In this document: positions 9,501-20,426 of the stretch, piece by piece
Position numbering within the stretch: position 1 is the stretch's first letter
Layout of the letters: every line of letters begins with the position of its first letter
Assembly (NCBI GenBank): GCA_026025075.1
Contig: JAPEUI010000071.1
Location: 62,001 to 91,319, forward strand
DNA from: Vezdaea acicularis
Lineage: Eukaryota
Reading direction: 5' to 3'
DNA: 29,319 nt
Position numbers and translations under genes: made by a program
Notes under the pieces: model-generated
Databases searched by the model: none
The model's input: only the letters and a program-made list of their open reading frames with translations
What the model was told of the DNA's origin: nothing

Positions 9501-11634
9501 TATTCTACGATTAGATCGAAGTTTGGCATTGAAATGCTCAACTGCTGATAAAAGATCAGCTCTTCATTGGGCGGCTGCTCATGGTCACGCGAAAGTCGCT
9601 GAATATATTATATCCTCAGGCAGGGATAAAGAACGCAAGCTACTGAACGCTCGAGATAAATCGGACAAAACCGCCTTCTGGCTAGCCGCTCGTTACGGTC
9701 ATGCTTTCACGTTCCGCTTTCTGTTTGAACAAGGGACTGCTATTTACCCAAAGCTGAAGGAGCTATTGAACTCGGCTTTCTACGTTGCTTCAGAGTATGG
9801 CCATGAAATGGTAATTCAAGTCTTGCTTGAGCGGGAGAAGCTTGCCTATTACAACGTCGGAGCAGCGATGGAAATTGCGGCGACGAATGGGCATTGGAGT
9901 ATCTTCCGCCAGATATTTAGACACGAGGATAAAATCAATATGATTCCGTATATGGACATTTTCAACATTCAGATATTAGCCATCAAACATGACCGTCTTA
10001 AGGTTATCTGTGAATTGGCTGAATGGTATAATCAATTGGACCACGGAACCCATTGGTCTCGCTCTTTCTACGGTCGGCATGGATATTTTACGTATCAACC
10101 ATTATCCTTGGCAGTGGAGCTGCGCAGGACGGAGATTCTACGGTGTCTCCTGCTCTACTCTCAAACAAGAAGCGTCATCGATGTCGAAACCGTGATGACA
10201 GCATCTTCTCTCCTATTTCAAGCTGCATTTGCTGGGTTCTCTGACGTTGTAGGAGTGCTTCTCACTTTTCCTTTTGAAGCAGTTGAAATCGACAAGGAAT
10301 GTGGCTCCGATCTAATGGCGGCCCTTCGCACTGCCTGCATTAAAAATTACGCCGAAGTTGTTAGTACTCTTCTAAGTTCAGATATAATTGATGTCAACCA
10401 CCTCGATGACCGTGGTCTTACACCATTGATTAACGCGGCCGAGCTTGGACATTTAGGGATCGTCAAACTCTTATTAGACTCCGGTCGAGTTGATCTTCGT
10501 CAAACCGACAGCAACGGGGACAGTCCGCTGCTATGGGCCGTTAAAAGTGTGCACAGAGAGATGGTTCGATTAATATTGGGTAGGGAAGGATTAGATGAAG
10601 CACAGAGAGGAAGGGACGGCAATCCAGCCTTTGTGGAAGCTGTACTCTCTGGCGATACCACTCTTATTAGATTGTTTCTCGAAGGCGCAAAAGATCTCGA
10701 GGTCCGAAACGCTGAAGGTTTAACAGCATTCCTAGCTTTCTTTTGGTCATCGGTGACCGATGGTCTCTATAATTCCGCCTTGTCTGCACTCCTGGCCTCA
10801 CAAAAACTGTCCTTTGGGGCAAGGGATGATACAGGGCAAACAGCACTTCACATCGCCGTAGACTGCATGCGCCCTTCGGCGGTTGAAATGCTCCTGGTTT
10901 CTAATCGAGTTTCCGAAAGTGTACATCCCAGTATTGACGAATCTACGGGATGCTTAAACATCAACACCAGAGACAATAATCAGCGTACGGCTTTGATGGT
11001 CGCTGTAATTAATGGGAACACTCCTGCAGTAAGACTTTTGATACAACATCGGGGGTGCCTCATAAATGCAAGAGACAGCTTAGAGCAAACTGCATTTATG
11101 ATGTCAGCTGGCTTATCTCTGCGTGGTTCAACTGATAAAAATTCTAGTCTTAAGCTGCTTCTTGAAGATCCCAGGACTGATGTCAATGCGAGGGATGTTT
11201 CCGGCGAAACGGCACTTATGTCAGCTGTATCTAAAGATCGACTCCACAATGTCGAGACTCTTCTAAACTCCACTCGCATCGATCCCAATACCAAGGACAG
11301 ATCAGGAAATACAGCATTGATGCGTGCGGTGCTCAAGGGAGATTACCAAATGCTTAGGCTCCTTTTGGAATGCGAGCGCATTGACACCAATATAAAGGAT
11401 AAAACCGGAGCAACAGCCTTTATATTAGCTGCGTCTCATGTCGGACCAAAGTGTCTCCAACTCTTTTTGGACCATGAACCCACCGATGTTAACGCCAGAA
11501 CAATGAAAGGTGAGACAGCTCCTATGGTTGCAGCCCTAAATGGGAATTGGGACTGCTACAAAGTCTTGTTGGAGTGCGAGCGAATCGACTCCACCGCTGT
11601 CGAATCGACTCCACTACAATCGAAGCGATTGTAA
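6537..11634 (+). CDS. Fungal NLR-like STAND protein: degenerate SesB-like hydrolase - NACHT - winged helix - ankyrin repeats, ~1665 aa; exons 6537-6619, 6674-8416, 8463-11634
   Basis: N-terminal AVHGFAGG...LTFGYD...CHGIGG...DTPHQG domain. Walker A GNVGTGKS (7776-7799), Walker B CIIDGLDEC (~8103-8129). A 46-nt intron restores the NACHT motif GMFLWASLQ. RFAHHSVEQFL motif, then many ANK repeats (D-x-N-x-x-D-x-x-G-x-T-A-L-M-x-A). The first exon is inferred from GTAAGG...GCTGAC...TAG. Confidence 0.9.
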
Positions 11635-12253
11635 GAAATGGGTACCTTGAGCACTTTCTAGAAATCGAGCGTATCCGTTGACGCCAAGAACAAAGTCAGA
11701 GGAACGATTTTCTAGCCGTCACACCACAGCAGAGGAGTTGCCCGCCTCCACCCGTTTTTAGAACCTCGGCGCTTCGAACTTCACAGCGAGGATGAAAGTT
11801 TTGTCGCAGATTTGATGCTTTCAATACAAATTGAGAATTTGTTCGCCTCACATTCCGCGTGAATTGTGAGCGCGGCGACGTTATTGCAAGAATGAACATG
11901 GGGCAAACGTCACTGATGTACGCTGCGGGTTATGAGAAGCATAAGTGCCTCCTGGCCTTACCGCAATCTTAGTGCGTCGATGTCAACGCAAAAGATATTT
12001 CAGGGCGAAGAGCTTGGATACGCGCTGCAATTCATGGCAAGCTAAAGTATATTTAAGACCTGCTGGATTACCAGCATGTTGGTGTGAAAGCCCAAATCGG
12101 TCCTGCTGTGACAGCCTAATAAAGGCCACGCGTACAACTGATGCGAGGTTCCTCGAAGTCATGCTGGAATCGAAACGGGTGAATCTTCAACTCGCAATTG
12201 ACAAAGGAGATACTGCACTAGACTATCACACAGCTAACACCGAGCAAGATTAA
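11635..12253 (+). pseudogene. Decayed ankyrin repeats continuing past the NLR stop codon
   Basis: The frame at 11877 reads DVIARMNMGQTSLMYAA...PQS*CVDVNAKDISGRRAWIRAAIHG...YI*DLLD, with stops at 11970 and 12054. Another frame ends LEVMLESKRVNLQLAIDKGDTALDY. Both match the ANK consensus of the upstream gene. Confidence 0.75.
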
Positions 12254-12770
12254 AGAGAAAGGGCAGGGCATGATAATCTCTGCCTTCAGCTGCTCTCACA
12301 GGTAGATCCAGCATTAACCCACTGAAAAGATCGGCCATGGCGAAAAGAGCGGCTAAAGATAGAGCTCGACGATGTGTTCTCTTATTATGGGCGTAGGCAC
12401 TCTTATCATAAGGAGCTGAGGTTTTTGGATAGAAACAGCCTTGCTTCAAGGAGTATCAGAGGTGGTGTTGTGACAAGATCATATTTCTAGGGAGAAGATC
12501 ATCTCTTATCTCCACAATGTATTGTCATTTCTCATGGAGCATTCAAAGAAGGGAGGGATCGCGCTGGCACCTGTTCACGAAGTATGAGAGTTTTGTTTTG
12601 TTTCTAGTCCATATATCTACATTATAACAACCAGATAAATCTATAACGCTTCCTTTCCTAGTCATTTAAACAATATAATTGGCCTTGTCGAAACCAAGCC
12701 TGGCTATCGCCCCTCAATGGTCTAACAACAACGAAAATACCTTTGAATGAATAAAGTTGCGTGGACACTT

Positions 12771-14998
12771 TCAGGGCAGGAAGGGCTCTAAGACCTGGAC
12801 AAGTCGAGCAATTAGTTTGGATGCGACTTCCCAAAATCGATGCATATTGGCCAGGGAAATATTTCTCTGGGCTCCTGATGCAACTCTTATGGATGATATC
12901 TCGTCCAAGACCTTAGAGAAATGACCTTCCGTCGGCGTCGGTACGCTACCCCTTTTACCCAAATAGGGTTGGCCCAGAGTACTTGGAAAGGAGCGAGGAA
13001 TGTCAGGGGTGAATGCTGGCCACAACACAAACGTGCTGGGTGATGTAGTTGAGATGGAAACTTTACTCTGATTGGCAGAGGTAAGAATACTGGAAGCGAC
13101 TGTTTTGTTTGAAGACCAGCTATGGTTGGTGGATCCATCAGAATTTAGCATAGCCCGGGAGATCGAGCTACAATTATTGTGGACAATTCCCACACTTGGC
13201 GCAGAGCATCTAGCCTCATCTTCCATTAGGGAAGGTCTTGCAGTTCTCGTAGTCCCTAAGCTTGGCGACCAAGTGCTTTTATTTATGACATTGATGATAT
13301 GGGTGGAGAGAGGGGCTCTACTGTCCTGAGTAATACTCGCTAGAACGCTCACAGGTCTGGTTCCATGTAAAGGAATTGATTGATAAGTCGTCAGTGCAAT
13401 GCTCGTTTCAGGGCAGAAACAAGCTTTTCGGCAGTCTGTGCATGCCCATCCAGAGCCGCAAGGACACTCAGAAGGTGATTCTTCGACCGGGGGATAAAAG
13501 CAGCCACCGATACATTCACCACAAATATAACCTATATCTGTGCAGGGGCTCGCCGCAGTGGAGCTCGATATATTCGCCGTTTCTAAGATACCAATTAGCC
13601 ATGAAGGGCTGAAGTATTCCTGGGAGCAGGCTTCGCATTCCCACCCAGATGCACTTATGTGACTGAAAGGCTATGACCCCTGTGGCGGACAAAACCTACC
13701 TCCAAAATATCCCGAGTGTTGATAAGTAGCGTTTGACCTTAGAGACACGCTTTCCTCCACAAACCGAATAGCTGATATTAAAGGCGTACTATTTGCAAAT
13801 TCTGAGTCTGAATTCACCGGTATTATAGTTTGGGCAACTGAATGTGTGGATTCCGTATGGCAGTATGCACAAGAACTTGAAGATACTATTGATCCGGATG
13901 TAATTTCAGGGGAAAGTCCTGTCAAGGTGAGATGGTGAATATTACTGGTGATAGATATAGGTAATTGCGGCATTGTGTTCGTTTCAAGGCTGGCTGTAAT
14001 AGACCAACTGGCATCCACAGACAGCAACTCAGTCGCGCTAAACCATGTGGGCTCTAGCAAGCAGTAGGAAGGTGTCGCTATAGTTGTCACTGTAACCATC
14101 ACCGTGACAGTTGTGAAGGCTGTCCGGGTTGTAACAGATTCCTCTAGGGCTATGGAGTAGATTGGGGTGGCTATCTCGCCACCGGTAAGTGGGTCAGAAG
14201 GACTTGGAGAAGGAAGAGATAGGCATGTGGTTGGGTATATAATGACCGTACTTGGGAGACACCCATCTGACGTTTCTTCACATTCAGGGCAAAATACGGT
14301 CGATGCAGCAAGCGAAGAAGCCGCAGCTTTAGTGACAGTAGCATTACCAGAAGTGAGAAGGCTTGTTGGACTCAATGTGTAGGTAGAGAACATAGCTGCA
14401 GATACTGTGGTCGAATTCCAGAACCCGAGAAGTGAGAGTTCGGAAGTTGAAGTAAGAGACACAGCATCCAGTGTAGGCCTCATAGCAACATTCGACAATT
14501 TTGGAGATGCCGTAAACAGATCCGATTGTGTATGGGTAGTAGGGTTTGTGTCTAGTAATTGAAAAGCGACAGAACTGCTGCTGCGTCAAGTATCAGTCAG
14601 ATGAGGGTGACTTGAAGTAGCTATGAATGACTCAAACCTTGGAATTGTAAGTTTCTCTTCACACCCATGGCATGTGCTCGAAGCTGTATTTCTTATCGTT
14701 GATGGTGACAAACTGGGGCCGTCGCTCTGATAACTGTTGCATGCGAATTAGAAAGCTTTTAAAGTTGCCTAGACAACCAACTGGAATGGTTCTAGACTTA
14801 CTCCCAAATCAGATTGAAGCTTAAGTAATTACTCTCGTCCCGTTTCTCTTTAGTAGCTTTAGTTGTTTTCTCAATCTTCACGTCGGCGGAGTCGCGGGCC
14901 AAAATGGGTTCATAGTGAGGGGATACCACCAGGAAGAAAAAGGCAAGGCCTAATACCGCAGATGAAGACATCAGAAGGTGCCGAAAGCGAGTATACAT
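12771..14998 (-). pseudogene. Ser/Thr-rich secreted or cell-surface mucin-like gene with a Cys-rich module; 720 codons with two in-frame stops; exons 14998-14802, 14733-12771
   Basis: Hydrophobic N-terminus (SAVLGLAFFFLVV) and a KR site. A 68-nt GT-AG intron is in phase. ORFs 13671-14498 and 12771-13352 are one frame, broken only by TGA 14588-14586 and TAG 13673-13671. Cys module reads CGECIGGCFYPP...CPCGSGWACTDCRKACFCP. Confidence 0.7.
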
Positions 14999-15485
14999 TG
15001 TATGTAGGCCTGTCTCTTTTAGTATCCAATCGCCTATCACGATCACGAAACAGAAAAGAGTCAGATCAATACGTCCCGACGAATGTTAGACGTGAGTACA
15101 ATTCAGTAGTCCTGTAGCATGGTAAATGAGGAGTGTAAGTTCATCGATCCTTCTAAAACAAGAACAAGCAGTGGGTTCTGTCAAGGATATTTGGGCTACT
15201 CCTGCCCTATAGAGAACACTGACCCAAGAGCGTCAGGTGGATGGGCCGTTTAGATCTCGGCATCTAGAACTGAGGCTCTCGTAGTGTCGCTCGCGAAGAG
15301 CAACCCATTCTGGACGACGGTCAAAAGTCACTTCAAGCAAATATTGTGTAACAAACAAAGCCTAATTGGATTGTCAGCCCTTGCGGTAATTACGAACGTC
15401 CGACAAGCGGTTTATGATCTGTATACTTCGATCAGTGCAAGTGAAGATTCCGGCAGACCCAATCGCTGATTCGCCTGAAATTTCC

Positions 15486-16414
15486 CTAATACTTCTTCCC
15501 TTCCCGAAGCGTATCTCCGAATTCCTCCAAAGGACTCCGAATCAGCTTAGTCTCCTTCCAAAGGTTGGGTGTGAGAAAGCCATAAGTATTGCCTACAGCG
15601 ACAAAGGTTGCCTTAAGTGTATTTTCGAGGGTCTTGGTCGAGCCAGAGGAAGAGGTGTATATGTCAGAAACTCCAGCCAACTGCAACAGCCGCTTGACGG
15701 CAGGGGAAGCAACCAAACCCGTGCCACGAGGAGCAGGAATAAGCTATGCCCAATTAGCACTCGATATACATCAGCTGTATTTCTTCATTTGAGAACGCTT
15801 ACTCGGACTGTCACACTTCCACACTTCCCACTTTCCTTACAGGGTAGCGAATGAGGCTCACCAAGTGATGAACCCCAATATCCTCTTCGAATTGGTAAGA
15901 CACTAAGCTTAGCGATGATGATTGCAGCGCGGATAGCGGTTGCGACTTCTTTAGATGTTTTAATACCAAGACCGACATGACCTTCTGAATCCCCTATCAC
16001 TACGATAGCCTTGAATCGGGTTCGTTGGCCGGCGCGGGTTTGCTTTTGAACTGGCTTAATCTGCAGTACAATAACAAAGTCAGCACATAAGACAGTTGGA
16101 GAAGCTTAATCAAGGTGCCTTACCTTCATCACTTCATCCTTGAGCTTAGGAAGGAACCAATCAACAATCTGATATTCTTTGATGGGCAAAGAATGTAGAT
16201 AGATCTCCTCCATGCTCTTGATTTTTCCGGCCTTCACCAGTCTACCGAGCTTTGTCACTGGCTGCCACTCCTTCTCTTCAGTCTTGGCTCCGCGGCGAGG
16301 CCCACGACGTCCACGGCCCCGACCTCGATCTCCGCCTCGATCACCACGAGCCCCGAACCCACCACGACCTGCACCAGCCGCACCAGCCGAGCCACCTCTT
16401 GGGGCGTCAGCCAT
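15486..16414 (-). CDS. RPS2: 40S ribosomal protein S2 (uS5), 268 aa; exons 16414-16124, 16060-15803, 15743-15486
   Basis: RGG-rich N-terminus, [66 protein letters not shown]. Two phase-0 GT-AG introns. Confidence 0.98.
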
Positions 16415-16547
16415 TGGAACAAACGAATAGAGGAATTCTAGCTGGTTTGGAATGTACGAGACTGAGGCTTTCGAGGTTGTGCTGGACTACCGGAGGTGTA
16501 CAGCTGTAGGAGTGTTGAAGTTCGGTTGTGCGGCACAAGGATTACGA

Positions 16548-16557
16548 ATTAGGGTTT
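16548..16557 (-). promoter_or_regulatory. Telobox/Tbf1-like element (AAACCCTAAT) upstream of RPS2
   Basis: ATTAGGGTTT on the + strand, ~135 bp upstream of the RPS2 ATG. TTAGGG-type sites are known in fungal ribosomal-protein promoters. A similar ACCCTAA lies at 26931-26937, upstream of eIF4E. Confidence 0.4.
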
Positions 16558-17313
16558 AAGCGAGAAGGGGCAAGAGATGGCAATAATGCACTGCATACCC
16601 CCATCTGGATTACTACAGCATGTTCGCGAGGGCTTACACATGGCGTGTCAGGTATCTTGAATCAGCAAGTGGTCTAGAACTTCATGATCAACATCAGAGT
16701 GTTTAAATTTTTTTAGGGCGGGGTGATCAGTCTTATTCTATCACTGCTCACTGACTCCAAGTCTGATTGTTCATGAATATTTCTGGAACTGTTTTACGCG
16801 TTTCCGTGTCTGACAGACCATTCTTAGCAGCTACAGATACTATTCATACACTGGGCTACGGGTATATTTGGATTGAACTTGAGTAAACAATATAGAGGGA
16901 ACCTGCAGGGATCCAATACCTACTTACAGTCGACCAATTTCCACTCTCCAAGCCCGGGACATATCGGAGTTGGTGGTAATACTTCATCCGTGATTTAAGC
17001 ATCTTCGGTAGAGTAGTTTAGTGCAATTAAAGGTGTAATTCGTGGCGCCAACCCCACGTCACCACGTTGCATCTCTCAGCGCTACAATCTCTGCAGCTCA
17101 TATTCAGTAGGCAGAGATCTTTGACAGCAGAATCGACGTGTACTATTCCAGTTTTGAGCACTTTGCTCGAACCAGGAGATATTGCTATACTTTGAAGGTG
17201 AGCATAGGTTACCCTTTGAATCTTTTCATCTAGGAGAATATAGCCACAGGCGTGAGATAGCTAGAACACTCAATCAAGCCATTAATCCTGGTACGATGGC
17301 CTCTCAGCCTCGC

Positions 17314-17844
17314 TCAACGTCTGAAATATTCTCCTTTTTCTTCCCTGTCTCTTTGCAGTTGGGTTTGTTCCTCCTCTGGAGTCCTTGTTCTAAGCTGCAA
17401 GGCGTGAATGCCTCCAGGCCGATCTATCTCATCCTTAAGTAGTGTATAAACCATGCGATGTCTAGTTGGCTGAAGTTTAGACTTGAAAGCATCAGATGTG
17501 ACGTACACCCTGGAATACAGCGGGTTGTCAGCTCCAAGTCCTGGTGGGTAAGGTTTTCCGATCAAACCTGAAATGTGTTTCCTTAGAGACTGTCCCTTGC
17601 ATAGCTTTGTGATGCGCATGTAAATGCGAGTCATTGTGTATTTCGAGTGTTGTAGGCTTCAAAGCTTCCATTATCTTTTATAGTCAGGGTCGGGTACTTC
17701 TGAGAGCAGGTAGAGGGAGACAACACAAGAGAGAGACCGAGTGGAACGACGTACCTTTAATCGCACAACATCTTCTACAGGGGTTAGAGGTGACATTGAG
17801 ACAAATGGCCGGCGCAGTTCACGCGCATAGGACAGTCGAAACAT
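17314..17844 (-). CDS. bol1: BolA-family protein (Bol1/Uvi31-like), probably mitochondrial, ~130 aa; exons 17844-17755, 17674-17568, 17509-17314
   Basis: Spliced: MFRLSYARELRRPFVSM...TPVEDVVRLKIMEALKPTTLEIHNDSHLHAHHKAM...ETHFRVYVTSDAF...RHRMVYTLLKDEI...GGIHALQLRTRTPEE. Arg-rich presequence-like N-terminus. Confidence 0.9.
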
Positions 17845-18045
17845 TGATTTCTTCGTATCCACGAGGTGCAGGCTGCTCAAGCATACGAAGTCTGACAAGA
17901 TTTGCCTTTAGCTGGGGGTGATTTCTTGGTCCAAAAAACTTGATTCCGTGTCTCGGAATTATTCCGCTTTTCCTATTCAAGAGCCACATGCATGCGCTTC
18001 AAGTGCGTTTGAACGGTGCATATGTTCCGATCATAATTCACAATC

Positions 18046-20075
18046 ATGGCTATTCTACTGGGGAGCAATCTCTGGCGTTCTAGAGTTATTTTAAAAAGAG
18101 CTCAATGGCGTAAAGCCCATCAGCCTCGCTCACGCCTGGTGTCTACCCTGCCAAGGCTTTCCATTATAGAAGCGCTCGTGCGTCATGAGCCCAGAACGAT
18201 CGCGGTGAAACATTCAATATCACAAGATCAATTTGAGTATGGACGTCTCCTACACGATGTCACAAAAGGTATAGATTATTTGTCCGGAGCTGTCGGAAGT
18301 GAAAGTATTCAGGGAGCGCGCATTGGGCTTTTGGTAGAAAATGGATATAATTTTGTAGGTTCGTTCTACGGCTTCCACCTTTGTGAGATCTGTTATCTAA
18401 TAATCCAGTCTAGTTGCACTTCTCTCGATCCTAGGCGCTCAAGCCATAGCATTACCCCTTTCATCAAACTTTCCGGTTGAGGAGTTACGATACATCCTCA
18501 ATGATAGCGAGGCACAGGCGCTCCTGGCGTCACACAGCCTTCAAACAAAAGCTCACAAAGTTCTCCAAGAAGGCGTGGACAAGCAACTACATGTCATACC
18601 TTTCGATCATGCAGGAGACAAACCTGCAACCCATTTAGAACCTAAATATGCCAAGACCAAGCCCTCAGAACTTGGGGGTGTTTTGCTATACACCTCAGGG
18701 ACAACTAGCAAGCCAGTAAGGCAATCTTCCTATAAGCGTGAAGACATGTTGCTGATATCAAATGTTCAAGAAAGGCGTCCTTCTTCCTCATTCAGTACTA
18801 TCGGCTCAGTGCCAATCACTAGCCGAAGCCTGGAAATATTCTTCGAGTGATAGAATTCTACATTGTCTTCCCTTGCATCATATCCACGGCATTATCAATG
18901 CCTTGTTAACACCTCTCTATGCTGGCTCATCGGTTGAGTTTCTGTTCCCGTTCGACCCAGGCGCCGTCTGGGAGCGCTTTGGAGCGCCTTTCCTTAACGA
19001 AAATGAGCCGAGTAGCAAGGCTTCCGAACCAATTACTTTCTTCACGGCTGTGCCAACAATCTATAATCGCCTTCTTTCGCATCATCAAGACCTCCCACGA
19101 GACCTCCGAGAAGCTTCAAAAATTGCAATCTCTCCTCAAAACCTTCGACTGAATATCTCAGGCTCGGCCGCTCTGCCTACACCAATCAAGTCCGCTTGGA
19201 CGGATCTCAGTAATGGCAATATTCTCTTGGAACGTTATGGCATGACTGAAGTAGGTATGGCATTAAGCTGTGGGCTCGATTATAAAGATCGGATCGACGG
19301 AAGCGTTGGCTGGCCGCTTCCTCGTGTGGAAGCTAGACTAGTCTCCATAGATAAAGGAACCGTCATCGAGCCCGGTGATGAAGTGGACTTGGAGGGGAAG
19401 GAAAGAGAAGGCGAGATTCAGCTACGTGGGCCCACAGTGTTCAAAGGATATTGGCGAAATCCGAAGGCTACGAGCCAAGAATTTGTCGATGATCAGGACT
19501 CGGGGGCAAGGTGGTTTAAGACGGGCGACATTGCCACGCGAAGAAGGATTCCGCATACTGGAGAAAATGAGCATGGTTGGGCCAAAGGCCCTATGTACTT
19601 TATCAAAGGACGCAAAAGCGTGGATATTATAAAGACTGGCGGCGAAAAGGTTAGCGCTTTAGAAGTCGAGCGTGAGCTATTACTATTGTACGCCAATCCA
19701 ATCATTCATTCAAATCTAAGTGATGCTAATAGAAGCACCCCTCAGGCCCCAGATAACCGAAGCAGCCGTAGTTGGCCTTCCATCAGAGCGCTGGGGCCAG
19801 AAAGTCGCCGCTATTGTTGTTCTTAATCCTCAACAAGGCCATACCGGTAGTGGAGGAAAGCCTTGGGGGGCAATGGACATGCGAAGGGCGCTGAAAGACA
19901 AACTCGCCAGTTACAAAATTCCTCAGGAGCTCAAGATAATGGCCGATGGGCTCCCGAGGAATGCCATGGGGAAAGGTGAGTACTTCCCATCTAAATGCAT
20001 ACCTCGTTGACTGACTCCTTTCGCATAGTAAACAAAAAGAAGTTGGCGGAAGATATATTCGGGAGTAAGGGTTAA
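18046..20075 (+). CDS. AMP-binding acyl-CoA synthetase, ACSF3/MatB (malonyl-CoA synthetase)-like; exons 18046-18358, 18414-18715, 18771-19687, 19746-19975, 20029-20075
   Basis: YTSGTTSKPKGV, LPLHHIHG, FTAVPTIY, ISGSAALP, LLERYGMTEVGMALS, WFKTGD, GRKSVDIIKTGGEKVSALEVE, LPRNAMGKVNKK. Four in-phase GT-AG introns. Basic presequence-like N-terminus. Confidence 0.88.
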
Positions 20076-20426
20076 TGCAAAGGATGCAATGGTACGGGAG
20101 GTGGATAAAGCATTGTATATTATCGGACTGTGTAAATATATATTAAATCTGTATACTACGAAGGTCGACTAGAGTTTCCATCGTCTTCACAGTACTTTGT
20201 TACGCAGTCGATGCCTCCAGTCTGCAGGTTGCCATCTTCAACCAATTGATTTACCTGGCGGTAAGCGAATATATCTACGAACAGGCGTCATACTATTTGA
20301 TGAGCTCATTCATCATGTAAGTGATGTAAGTTTGGGACAGGGTGATGCCAAAGATGAGAAATAGCCCCACTAAGAATCATCTTCCAACTCATTTCACATT
20401 CCCTAGTCCCCATTACTCAATCTACC

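Noticed and set aside
3332..14588. Stop-codon reassignment as an explanation for several in-frame TAG/TGA codons
   Set aside because: Conserved genes in the same window end normally at TAG (ZIP, RPS2), TGA (NPT1, eIF4E) and TAA (SYM1), and contain no internal stops.
17000..17180. Possible tRNA or Pol III gene (TAGTTTAGTG A-box-like; GGTTCGAG on the - strand)
   Set aside because: The boxes are on opposite strands and no cloverleaf could be built.
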